Of a stretch of 64,000 nucleotides of DNA, positions 52,401 through 64,000 are shown piece by piece. Origin of the DNA: Auanema rhodensis (lineage: Eukaryota > Animalia > Nematoda); assembly GCA_964057225.1 (NCBI GenBank), contig OZ059899.1, positions 1,798,001 to 1,862,000 of the forward strand. The letters run 5' to 3'. The translations under genes were made by a program, and so were the position numbers. The stretch's first letter is position 1. Each line of letters begins with the position of its first letter. Below the pieces are notes generated by a model, which was given only the letters and a program-made list of their open reading frames with translations, did no database searches and was not told where the DNA came from.

Positions 52401-55400
52401 ATGGACAGTGTTATTCAACGAAAAAAATATTTCTTCAGGGTGAAAATCGAGGATATAAGTGTGAACTTATATCAGTTGATATCTCGATGCATTTTCAAGC
52501 TAGCGCAAATCTGATAACACAGATCGACGCAGCTCAACAATCCGCATCGAATGCACTATACTACATTGAGAAAAGCTTAATTCAAAAATTAGTTATGATC
52601 GTTTGAAAAATGATGCATTAGTGTATGTTGAGTTTCCATGTACACTCAACATTGCTTCCAAAAACATTTTGACAAAAATTTTTTCGAAAAATTTCAAAAT
52701 AATTTAGCAAAAAGTAGATGTTTTTAGATTCCTTTTTTTAAGGCAAAGACGATGGACAATGTTATTCAACGAAAAAATTATTTCTTCAGGGTGAAAATCG
52801 AGGATATAAGTGTGAACTTATATCAGTTGATATCTCGGTGCATTTTCAAGCTAGCGCAAATCTGATAACACAGATCGACGCAGCTTAAAAATCCGCATCG
52901 AATGCACTATACTAAATTGAGAAACGCTTGATACAAAAATTAGTTATGATCGTTTGAAAAATGATGCATTAGTGTATGTTGAGTTTCCATGTACACTCAA
53001 CATTGCTTCCAAAAACATTTTGACAAAAATTTTTTCGAAAAATTTCAAAATAATTTAGCAAAAAGTAGATGTTTTTAGATTCCTTTTTTTAAGGCAAAGA
53101 CGATGGACAATGTTATTCAACGAAAAAATTATTTCTTCAGGGTGAAAATCGAGGATATAAGTGTGAACTTATATCAGTTGATATCTCGGTGCATTTTTCA
53201 GCTAACGCAAATCTGATAACACAGATCGACGCAGCTTAAAAATCCGCATCGAATGCACTATACTACATTGAGAAACGCTTGATACAAAAATTAGTTATGA
53301 TCGTTTGAAAAATGATGCATTAGTGTATGTTGAGTTTTCATGTACACTCAACATTGCTTCCAAAAACATTTTGACAAAAATTTTTTCGAAAAATTTCAAA
53401 ATAATTTAGCAAAAAGTATATGTTTTTAGATTCCATTTTTCAAGGCAAAGACGATGGACAATGTTATTCAACGAAAAAATTAATTCTTCAGGGTGAAAAT
53501 CGAGGATATAAGTGTGAACTTATATCAGTTGATATATCGGTGCATTTTTAAGCTAGCGCAAATCTGATAACACAGATCGACGCAGCTTAAAAATCCGCAT
53601 CGAATGCACTATACTACATTGAGAAACGCTTGATACAAAAATTAGTTATGATCGTTTGAAAAATGATGCATTAGTGTATGTTGAGTTTCCATGTACACTC
53701 AACATTGCTTCCAAAAACATTTTGACAAAAATTTTTTCGAAAAATTTCAAAATAATTTAGCAAAAAGTATATGTTTTTAGATTCCATTTTTCAAGGCAAA
53801 GACGATGGACAATGTTATTCAACGAAAAAATTAATTCTTCAGGGTGAAAATCGAGGATATAAGTGTGAACTTATATCAGTTGATATCTCGGTGCATTTTT
53901 AAGCTAGCGCAAATTTGATAACACAGATCGACGCAGCTTAAAAATCCGCATCGAATGCACTATACTACATTGAGAAACGCTTGATACAAAAACTAGTTAT
54001 GATCGTTTGAAAAATGATGCATTAGTGTATGTTGAGTTTCCATGTACACTCAATATTGCTTCCAAAAACATTTTGACAAAATTTTTTTCGAAAAATTTCA
54101 AAATAATTTAGCAAAAAGTAAATGTTTTTAGATTCTTTTTTTCAAGGCAAAGACGATGGACAGTGTTATTCAACGAAAAAAATATTTCTTCAGGGTGAAA
54201 ATCGAGGATATAAGTGTGAACTTATATCAGTTGATATCTCGATGCATTTTCAAGCTAGCGCAAATCTGATAACACAGATCGACGCAGCTCAACAATCCGC
54301 ATCGAATGCACTATACTAAATTGAGAAACGCTTGATACAAAAATTAGTTATGATCGTTTGAAAAATGATGCATTAGTGTATGTTGAGTTTCCATGTACAC
54401 TCAACATTGCTTCCAAAAACATTTTGACAAAAATTTTTTCGAAAAATTTCAAAATAATTTAGCAAAAAGTAGATGTTTTTAGATTCCTTTTTTTAAGGCA
54501 AAGACGATGGACAATGTTATTCAACGAAAAAATTATTTCTTCAGGGTGAAAATCGAGGATATAAGTGTGAACTTATATCAGTTGATATCTCGGTGCATTT
54601 TTCAGCTAACGCAAATCTGATAACACAGATCGACGCAGCTTAAAAATCCGCATCGAATGCACTATACTACATTGAGAAACGCTTGATACAAAAATTAGTT
54701 ATGATCGTTTGAAAAATGATGCATTAGTGTATGTTGAGTTTTCATGTACACTCAACATTGCTTCCAAAAACATTTTGACAAAAATTTTTTCGAAAAATTT
54801 CAAAATAATTTAGCAAAAAGTATATGTTTTTAGATTCCATTTTTCAAGGCAAAGACGATGGACAATGTTATTCAACGAAAAAATTAATTCTTCAGGGTGA
54901 AAATCGAGGATATAAGTGTGAACTTATATCAGTTGATATATCGGTGCATTTTTAAGCTAGCGCAAATCTGATAACACAGATCGACGCAGCTTAAAAATCC
55001 GCATCGAATGCACTATACTACATTGAGAAACGCTTGATACAAAAATTAGTTATGATCGTTTGAAAAATGATGCATTAGTGTATGTTGAGTTTCCATGTAC
55101 ACTCAACATTGCTTCCAAAAACATTTTGACAAAAATTTTTTCGAAAAATTTCAAAATAATTTAGCAAAAAGTATATGTTTTTAGATTCCATTTTTCAAGG
55201 CAAAGACGATGGACAATGTTATTCAACGAAAAAATTAATTCTTCAGGGTGAAAATCGAGGATATAAGTGTGAACTTATATCAGTTGATATCTCGGTGCAT
55301 TTTTAAGCTAGCGCAAATTTGATAACACAGATCGACGCAGCTTAAAAATCCGCATCGAATGCACTATACTACATTGAGAAACGCTTGATACAAAAACTAG

Positions 55401-57219
55401 TTATGATCGTTTGAAAAATGATGCATTAGTGTATGTTGAGTTTCCATGTACACTCAATATTGCTTCCAAAAACATTTTGACAAAATTTTTTTCGAAAAAT
55501 TTCAAAATAATTTAGCAAAAAGTAAATGTTTTTAGATTCTTTTTTTCAAGGCAAAGACGATGGACAGTGTTATTCAACGAAAAAAATATTTCTTCAGGGT
55601 GAAAATCGAGGATATAAGTGTGAACTTATATCAGTTGATATCTCGATGCATTTTCAAGCTAGCGCAAATCTGATAACACAGATCGACGCAGCTCAACAAT
55701 CCGCATCGAATGCACTATACTACATTGAGAAAAGCTTAATTCAAAAATTAGTTATGATCGTTTGAAAAATGATGCATTAGTGTATGTTGAGTTTCCATGT
55801 ACACTCAACATTGCTTCCAAAAACATTTTGACAAAAATTTTTTCGAAAAATTTCAAAATAATTTAGCAAAAAGTAGATGTTTTTAGATTCCTTTTTTTAA
55901 GGCAAAGACGATGGACAATGTTATTCAACGAAAAAATTATTTCTTCAGGGTGAAAATCGAGGATATAAGTGTGAACTTATATCAGTTGATATCTCGGTGC
56001 ATTTTCAAGCTAGCGCAAATCTGATAACACAGATCGACGCAGCTTAAAAATCCGCATCGAATGCACTATACTAAATTGAGAAACGCTTGATACAAAAATT
56101 AGTTATGATCGTTTGAAAAATGATGCATTAGTGTATGTTGAGTTTCCATGTACACTCAACATTGCTTCCAAAAACATTTTGACAAAAATTTTTTCGAAAA
56201 ATTTCAAAATAATTTAGCAAAAAGTAGATGTTTTTAGATTCCTTTTTTTAAGGCAAAGACGATGGACAATGTTATTCAACGAAAAAATTATTTCTTCAGG
56301 GTGAAAATCGAGGATATAAGTGTGAACTTATATCAGTTGATATCTCGGTGCATTTTTCAGCTAACGCAAATCTGATAACACAGATCGACGCAGCTTAAAA
56401 ATCCGCATCGAATGCACTATACTACATTGAGAAACGCTTGATACAAAAATTAGTTATGATCGTTTGAAAAATGATGCATTAGTGTATGTTGAGTTTTCAT
56501 GTACACTCAACATTGCTTCCAAAAACATTTTGACAAAAATTTTTTCGAAAAATTTCAAAATAATTTAGCAAAAAGTATATGTTTTTAGATTCCATTTTTC
56601 AAGGCAAAGACGATGGACAATGTTATTCAACGAAAAAATTAATTCTTCAGGGTGAAAATCGAGGATATAAGTGTGAACTTATATCAGTTGATATATCGGT
56701 GCATTTTTAAGCTAGCGCAAATCTGATAACACAGATCGACGCAGCTTAAAAATCCGCATCGAATGCACTATACTACATTGAGAAACGCTTGATACAAAAA
56801 TTAGTTATGATCGTTTGAAAAATGATGCATTAGTGTATGTTGAGTTTCCATGTACACTCAACATTGCTTCCAAAAACATTTTGACAAAAATTTTTTCGAA
56901 AAATTTCAAAATAATTTAGCAAAAAGTATATGTTTTTAGATTCCATTTTTCAAGGCAAAGACGATGGACAATGTTATTCAACGAAAAAATTAATTCTTCA
57001 GGGTGAAAATCGAGGATATAAGTGTGAACTTATATCAGTTGATATCTCGGTGCATTTTTAAGCTAGCGCAAATTTGATAACACAGATCGACGCAGCTTAA
57101 AAATCCGCATCGAATGCACTATACTACATTGAGAAACGCTTGATACAAAAACTAGTTATGATCGTTTGAAAAATGATGCATTAGTGTATGTTGAGTTTCC
57201 ATGTACACTCAACATTGCT
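49498..57219 (+). repeat. Domain with a divergent marker monomer recurring at 3,2,3,5,4-monomer spacing
   Basis: The monomer with agtaaatg, gacagtg, aaaatattt, tttcaag, gctcaa and gaaaagcttaattc starts at 49498, 50551, 51253, 52306, 54061 (chimeric) and 55465, matching the ORF-track spacing. Confidence 0.9.
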
Positions 57220-60027
57220 TCCAAAAACATTTTGACAAAAATTTTTTCGAAAAATTTCAAAACAATTTAGCAAGAAGTAGATGTTCATAGATTCCTTTTT
57301 TCAAGGCAAAGACGATAGACAATGTTATTCAACGAAAAAATTAATTCTTCAGGGTGAAAATCGAGGATATAAGTGTGAACTTATATCAGTTGATATCTCG
57401 GTGCATTTTCAAGCTAGCGCAAATCTGATAACACAGATCGACGCAGCTTAAAAATCCGCATCGAATGCACTATACTAAATTGAGAAACGCTTGATACAAA
57501 AATTAGTTATGATCGTTTGAAAAATGATGCATTAGTGTATGTTGAGTTTCCATGTACACTCAACATTGCTTCCAAAAACATTTTGACAAAAATTTTTTCG
57601 AAAAATTTCAAAATAATTTAGCAAAAAGTAGATGTTTTTAGATTCCTTTTTTTAAGGCAAAGACGATGGACAATGTTATTCAACGAAAAAATTATTTCTT
57701 CAGGGTGAAAATCGAGGATATAAGTGTGAACTTATATCAGTTGATATCTCGGTGCATTTTTCAGCTAACGCAAATCTGATAACACAGATCGACGCAGCTT
57801 AAAAATCCGCATCGAATGCACTATACTATATTGAGAAACGCTTGATACAAAAATTAGTTATGATCGTTTGAAAAATGATGCATTAGTGTATGTTGAGTTT
57901 CCATGTACACTCAACATTGCTTCCAAAAACATTTTGACAAAAATTTTTTCGAAAAATTTCAAAACAATTTAGCAAGAAGTAGATGTTCATAGATTTCTTT
58001 TTTCAAGGCAAAGACGATAGACAATGTTATTCAACGAAAAAATTAATTCTTCAGGGTGAAAATCGAGGATATAAGTGTGAACTTATATCAGTTGATATCT
58101 CGGTGCATTTTCAAGCTAGCGCAAATCTGATAACACAGATCGACGCAGCTTAAAAATCCGCATCGAATGCACTATACTAAATTGAGAAACGCTTGATACA
58201 AAAATTAGTTATGATCGTTTGAAAAATGATGCATTAGTGTATGTTGAGTTTCCATGTACACTCAACATTGCTTCCAAAAACATTTTGACAAAAATTTTTT
58301 CGAAAAATTTCAAAATAATTTAGCAAAAAGTAGATGTTTTTAGATTCCTTTTTTTAAGGCAAAGACGATGGACAATGTTATTCAACGAAAAAATTATTTC
58401 TTCAGGGTGAAAATCGAGGATATAAGTGTGAACTTATATCAGTTGATATCTCGGTGCATTTTTCAGCTAACGCAAATCTGATAACACAGATCGACGCAGC
58501 TTAAAAATCCGCATCGAATGCACTATACTACATTGAGAAACGCTTGATACAAAAATTAGTTATGATCGTTTGAAAAATGATGCATTAGTGTATGTTGAGT
58601 TTCCATGTACACTCAACATTGCTTCCAAAAACATTTTGACAAAAATTTTTTCGAAAAATTTCGAAATAATTTAGCAAAAAGTAGATGTTTTTAGATTCCA
58701 TTTTTCAAGGCAAAGACGATGGACAATGTTATTCAACGAAAAAATTATTTCTTCAGGGTGAAAATCGAGGATATAAGTGTGAACTTATATCAGTTGATAT
58801 CTCGGTGCATTTTTAAGCTAGCGCAAATCTGATAACACAGATCGACGCAACATAAAAATCCGCATCGAATGCACTATACTACATTGAGAAACGCTTAATA
58901 CAAAAATTAGTTATGATCGTTTGAAAAATGATGCATTAGTGTATGTTGAGTTTCCATGTACACTCAACATTGCTTCCAAAAACATTTTGACAAAAATTTT
59001 TTCGAAAAATTTCGAAATAATTTAGCAAAAAGTAGATGTTTTTAGATTCCATTTTTCAAGGCAAAGACGATAGACAATGTTATTCAACGAAAAAATTAAT
59101 TCTTCAGGGTGAAAATCGAGGATATAAGTGTGAACTTATATCAGTTGATATCTCGGTGCATTTTTAAGCTAGCGCAAATCTGATAACACAGATCGACGCA
59201 GCTTAAAAATCCGCATCGAATGCACTATACTACATAGAGAAACGCTTAATACAAAAATTAGTTATGATCGTTTGAAAAATGATGCATTAGTGTATGTTGA
59301 GTTTCCATGTACACTCAACATTGCTTCCAAAAACATTTTGACAAAAATTTTTTCGAAAAATTTCAAAATAATTTAGCAAAAAGTAGATGTTTTTAGAATC
59401 CTTTTTTCAAGGCAAAGACGATGGACAATGTTATTCAACGAAAAAATTATTTCTTCAGGGTGAAAATCGAGGATATAAGTGTGAACTTATATCAGTTGAT
59501 ATCTCGGTGCATTTTTAAGCTAGCGCAAATCTGATAACACAGATCGACACAACTTAAAAATCCGCATCGAATGCACTATACTACATTGAGAAACGCTTAA
59601 TACAAAAATTAGTTATGATCGTTTGAAAAATGATGCATTAGTGTATGTTGAGTTTCCATGTACACTCAACATTGCTTCCAAAAACATTTTGACAAAAATT
59701 TTTTCGAAAAATTTCGAAATAATTTAGCAAAAAGTAGATGTTTTTAGATTCCATTTTTCAAGGCAAAAACGATAGACAATGTTATTCAACGAAAAAATTA
59801 ATTCTTCAGGGTGAAAATCGAGGATATAAGTGTGAACTTATATCAGTTGATATCTCGGTGCATTTTTAAGCTAGCGCAAATCTGAAAACACAGATCGACG
59901 CAGCTCAAAAATCCGCATCGAATGCACTATACTACATTGAGAAACGCTTAATACAAAAATTAGTTATGATCGTTTGAAAAATGATGCATTAGTGTATGTT
60001 GAGTTTCCATGTACACTCAACATTGCT

Positions 60028-63000
60028 ACCAAAAACATTTTGACAAAAATTTTCTCGAAAAATTTCAAACTAATTTAGCAAAAAGTAGATGTTTTTAGAA
60101 TCCTTTTTTCAAGGCAAAGACGATGGACAATGTTATTCAACGAAAAAATTATTTCTTCAGGGTGAAAATCGAGGATATAAGTGTGAACTTATATCAGTTG
60201 ATATCTCGGTGCATTTTTAAGCTAGCGCAAATCTGATAACACAGATCGACGCAACTTAAAAATGCGCATCGAATGCACTATACTACATTGAGAAACGCTT
60301 AATACAAAAATTAGTTATGAGCGTTTGAAAAATGATGCATTAGTGTATGTTGAGTTTCCATGTACACTCAACATTGCTTCCAAAAACATTTTGACAAAAA
60401 TTTTTTCGAAAAATTTCGAAATAATTTAGCAAAAAGTAGATGTTTTTAGATTCCATTTTTCAAGGCAAAGACGATAGACAACGTTATTCAACGAAAAAAT
60501 TATTTCTTCAGGGTGAAAATCGAGGATATAAGTGTGAACTTATATCAGTTGATATCTCGGTGCATTTTTAAGCTAGCGCAAATCTGATAACACAGATCGA
60601 CGCAACTTAAAAATGCGCATCGAATGCACTATACTACATTGAGAAACGCTTAATACAAAAATTAGTTATGAGCGTTTGAAAAATGATGCATTAGTGTATG
60701 TTGAGTTTCCATGTACACTCAACATTGCTTCCAAAAACATTTTGACAAAAATTTTTTCGAAAAATTTCGAAATAATTTAGCAAAAAGTAGATGTTTTTAG
60801 ATTCCATTTTTCAAGGCAAAGACGATAGACAACGTTATTCAACGAAAAAATTAATTCTTCAGGGTGAAAATCGAGGATATAAGTGTGAACTTATATCAGT
60901 TGATATCTCGGTGCATTTTCAAGCTAGCGCAAATCTGATAACAAAGATCGACGCAGCTTAAAAATCCGCATCGAATGCACTATACTACATTGAGAAACGC
61001 TTGATACAAAAATTAGTTATGATCGTTTGAAAAATGATGCATTAGTGTATGTTGAGTTTCCATGTACACTCAACATTGCTTCCAAAAACATTTTGACAAA
61101 AATTTTTTCGAAAAATTTCGAAATAATTTAGCAAAAAGTAGATGTTTTTAGATTCCATTTTTCAAGGCAAAGACGATAGACAATGTTATTCAACGAAAAA
61201 ATTAATTCTTCAGGGTGAAAATCGAGGATATAAGTGTGAACTTATATCAGTTGATATCTCGGTGCATTTTTAAGCTAGCGCAAATCTGATAACAAAGATC
61301 GACGCAGCTTAAAAATCCGCATCGAATGCACTATACTACATTGAGAAACGCTTGATACAAAAATTAGTTATGATCGTTTGAAAAATGATGCATTAGTGTA
61401 TGTTGAGTTTCCATGTACACTCAACATTGCTTCCAAAAACATTTTGACAAAAATTTTTTCGAAAAATTTCGAAATAATTTAGCAAAAAGTAGATGTTTTT
61501 AGATTCCATTTTTCAAGGCAAAGACGATAGACAATGTTATTCAACGAAAAAATTAATTCTTTAGGGTGAAAATCGAGGATATAAGTGTGAACTTATATCA
61601 GTTGATATCTCGGTGCATTTTTAAGCTAGCGCAAATCTGATAACACAGATCGACGCAGCTTAAAAATCCGCATCGAATGCACTATACTACATAGAGAAAC
61701 GCTTAATACAAAAATTAGTTATGATCGTTTGAAAAATGATGCATTAGTGTATGTTGAGTTTCCATGTACACTCAACATTGCTTCCAAAAACATTTTGACA
61801 AAAATTTTTTCGAAAAATTTCAAAATAATTTAGCCAAAAGTAGATGTTTTTAGAATCCTTTTTTCAAGGCAAAGACGATGGACAATGTTATTCAACGAAA
61901 AAATTATTTCTTCAGGGTGAAAATCGAGGATATAAGTGTGAACTTATATCAGTTGATATCTCGGTGCATTTTTAAGCTAGCGCAAATCTGAAAACACAGA
62001 TCGACGCAGCTCAAAAATCCGCATCGAATGCACTATACTACATTGAGAAACGCTTAATACAAAAATTAGTTATGATCGTTTGAAAAATGATGCATTAGTG
62101 TATGTTGAGTTTCCATGTACACTCAACATTGCTACCAAAAACATTTTGACAAAAATTTTTTCGAAAAATTTCAAAATAATTTAGCAAAAAGTAGATGTTT
62201 TTAGAATCCTTTTTTCAAGGCAAAGACGATGGACAATGTTATTCAACGAAAAAATTATTTCTTCAGGGTGAAAATCGAGGATATAAGTGTGAACTTATAT
62301 CAGTTGATATCTCGGTGCATTTTTAAGCTAGCGCAAATCTGATAACACAGATCGACGCAACTTAAAAATGCGCATCGAATGCACTATACTACATTGAGAA
62401 ACGCTTAATACAAAAATTAGTTATGAGCGTTTGAAAAATGATGCATTAGTGTATGTTGAGTTTCCATGTACACTCAACATTGCTTCCAAAAACATTTTGA
62501 CAAAAATTTTTTCGAAAAATTTCGAAATAATTTAGCAAAAAGTAGATGTTTTTAGATTCCATTTTTCAAGGCAAAGACGATAGACAACGTTATTCAACGA
62601 AAAAATTATTTCTTCAGGGTGAAAATCGAGGATATAAGTGTGAACTTATATCAGTTGATATCTCGGTGCATTTTTAAGCTAGCGCAAATCTGATAACACA
62701 GATCGACGCAACTTAAAAATGCGCATCGAATGCACTATACTACATTGAGAAACGCTTAATACAAAAATTAGTTATGAGCGTTTGAAAAATGATGCATTAG
62801 TGTATGTTGAGTTTCCATGTACACTCAACATTGCTTCCAAAAACATTTTGACAAAAATTTTTTCGAAAAATTTCGAAATAATTTAGCAAAAAGTAGATGT
62901 TTTTAGATTCCATTTTTCAAGGCAAAGACGATAGACAACGTTATTCAACGAAAAAATTAATTCTTCAGGGTGAAAATCGAGGATATAAGTGTGAACTTAT

Positions 63001-63888
63001 ATCAGTTGATATCTCGGTGCATTTTCAAGCTAGCGCAAATCTGATAACAAAGATCGACGCAGCTTAAAAATCCGCATCGAATGCACTATACTACATTGAG
63101 AAACGCTTGATACAAAAATTAGTTATGATCGTTTGAAAAATGATGCATTAGTGTATGTTGAGTTTCCATGTACACTCAACATTGCTTCCAAAAACATTTT
63201 GACAAAAATTTTTTCGAAAAATTTCGAAATAATTTAGCAAAAAGTAGATGTTTTTAGATTCCATTTTTCAAGGCAAAGACGATAGACAATGTTATTCAAC
63301 GAAAAAATTAATTCTTTAGGGTGAAAATCGAGGATATAAGTGTGAACTTATATCAGTTGATATCTCGGTGCATTTTTAAGCTAGCGCAAATCTGATAACA
63401 CAGATCGACGCAGCTTAAAAATCCGCATCGAATGCACTATACTACATAGAGAAACGCTTAATACAAAAATTAGTTATGATCGTTTGAAAAATGATGCATT
63501 AGTGTATGTTGAGTTTCCATGTACACTCAACATTGCTTCCAAAAACATTTTGACAAAAATTTTTTCGAAAAATTTCAAAATAATTTAGCCAAAAGTAGAT
63601 GTTTTTAGAATCCTTTTTTCAAGGCAAAGACGATGGACAATGTTATTCAACGAAAAAATTATTTCTTCAGGGTGAAAATCGAGGATATAAGTGTGAACTT
63701 ATATCAGTTGATATCTCGGTGTATTTTTAAGCTAGCGCAAATCTGATAACACAGATCGACGCAGCGTAAAAATCCGCATCGAATGCACTATACAACATTG
63801 AGAAACGCTTGATACAAAAATTAGTTATGATCGTTTGAAAAATGATGCATTAGTGTATGTTGAGTTTCCATGTACACTCAACATTGCT
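60028..63888 (+). repeat. Higher-order repeat: 6-mer (2106 bp) followed by a 5-mer derivative
   Basis: gctacc, gaatcc, aatgcgc, tgagcg, acaacg and aacaaag recur at +2106 (60028/62134, 60379/62485, 60730/62836). ttctttagg, catagag and agccaaa recur at +1755 (61432/63187, 61783/63538). Confidence 0.85.
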
Positions 63889-64000
63889 TCCAAAAACATT
63901 TTGACAAAAATTTTTTCGAAAATTTTCAAAATAATTTAGCAAAAAGTAGATGTTTTTAGATTCCAGTTTTCAAGGCAAAGACGATAGACAATGTTATTCA

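Larger units (their letters stand above)
1..64000. repeat. Tandem satellite DNA array, 351-bp monomer, about 182 head-to-tail copies, running off both window edges
   Basis: tccaaaaacattttgac recurs at 1, 352, 703, 1054 and onward to 61081 and 63889, a 351-bp period. Occasional 350/352-bp copies arise mostly from homopolymer indels (T5>T4 at 65-69, A6>A7 at 116-121). No non-monomer sequence was seen. Confidence 0.99.

Noticed and set aside
49559-55765. 79-aa ORFs as a real multicopy gene family
   Set aside because: They are satellite monomers with two stop-loss substitutions, about 176 sibling copies are closed, and no homology was recognised. Not annotated as CDS.
1-64000. CRISPR array or integron-like cassette array (regularly spaced palindromes)
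   Set aside because: The sequence between hairpins is as conserved as the hairpins themselves. There are no unique spacers or cassettes and no cas or integrase genes.
1-64000. Sequencing concatemer or assembly artefact
   Set aside because: Variants are shared in ordered, nested haplotype blocks with positional domains, which random read errors on a single template would not produce. Local collapse or expansion cannot be excluded.

Overview
The whole 64 kb window is one uninterrupted head-to-tail satellite DNA array of about 182 copies of a 351-bp monomer (hand count about 32% GC, 12 CpG per monomer). All copies are in the same orientation and are typically only a few substitutions apart; lengths are 350-352 bp. 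I found no genes, RNA genes, transposon insertions, CRISPR spacers or orientation switches, and the listed ORFs are by-products of stop-codon substitutions in individual monomers. The interesting structure lies at two scales. (1) Each monomer is a string of dyads: an A/T-tract dyad at monomer positions 10-44, a perfect 9-bp hairpin with a GTGA loop at 147-168, a 67-bp bulged inverted repeat at 179-245 and a 9-bp hairpin at 320-347, plus a faint internal 162+189 bp dimer. (2) Diagnostic variants divide the array into domains with local, variable-length higher-order repeats (2- to 15-mers), chimeric monomers that mark crossover points, and matching haplotypes up to 21 kb apart. This fits a eukaryotic, probably invertebrate, (peri)centromeric or heterochromatic satellite. 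I do not recognise the specific family, and I cannot claim a new biological system from the sequence alone. Monomer positions (e.g. T191C) are numbered on copy 1, so they equal window coordinates 1-351.
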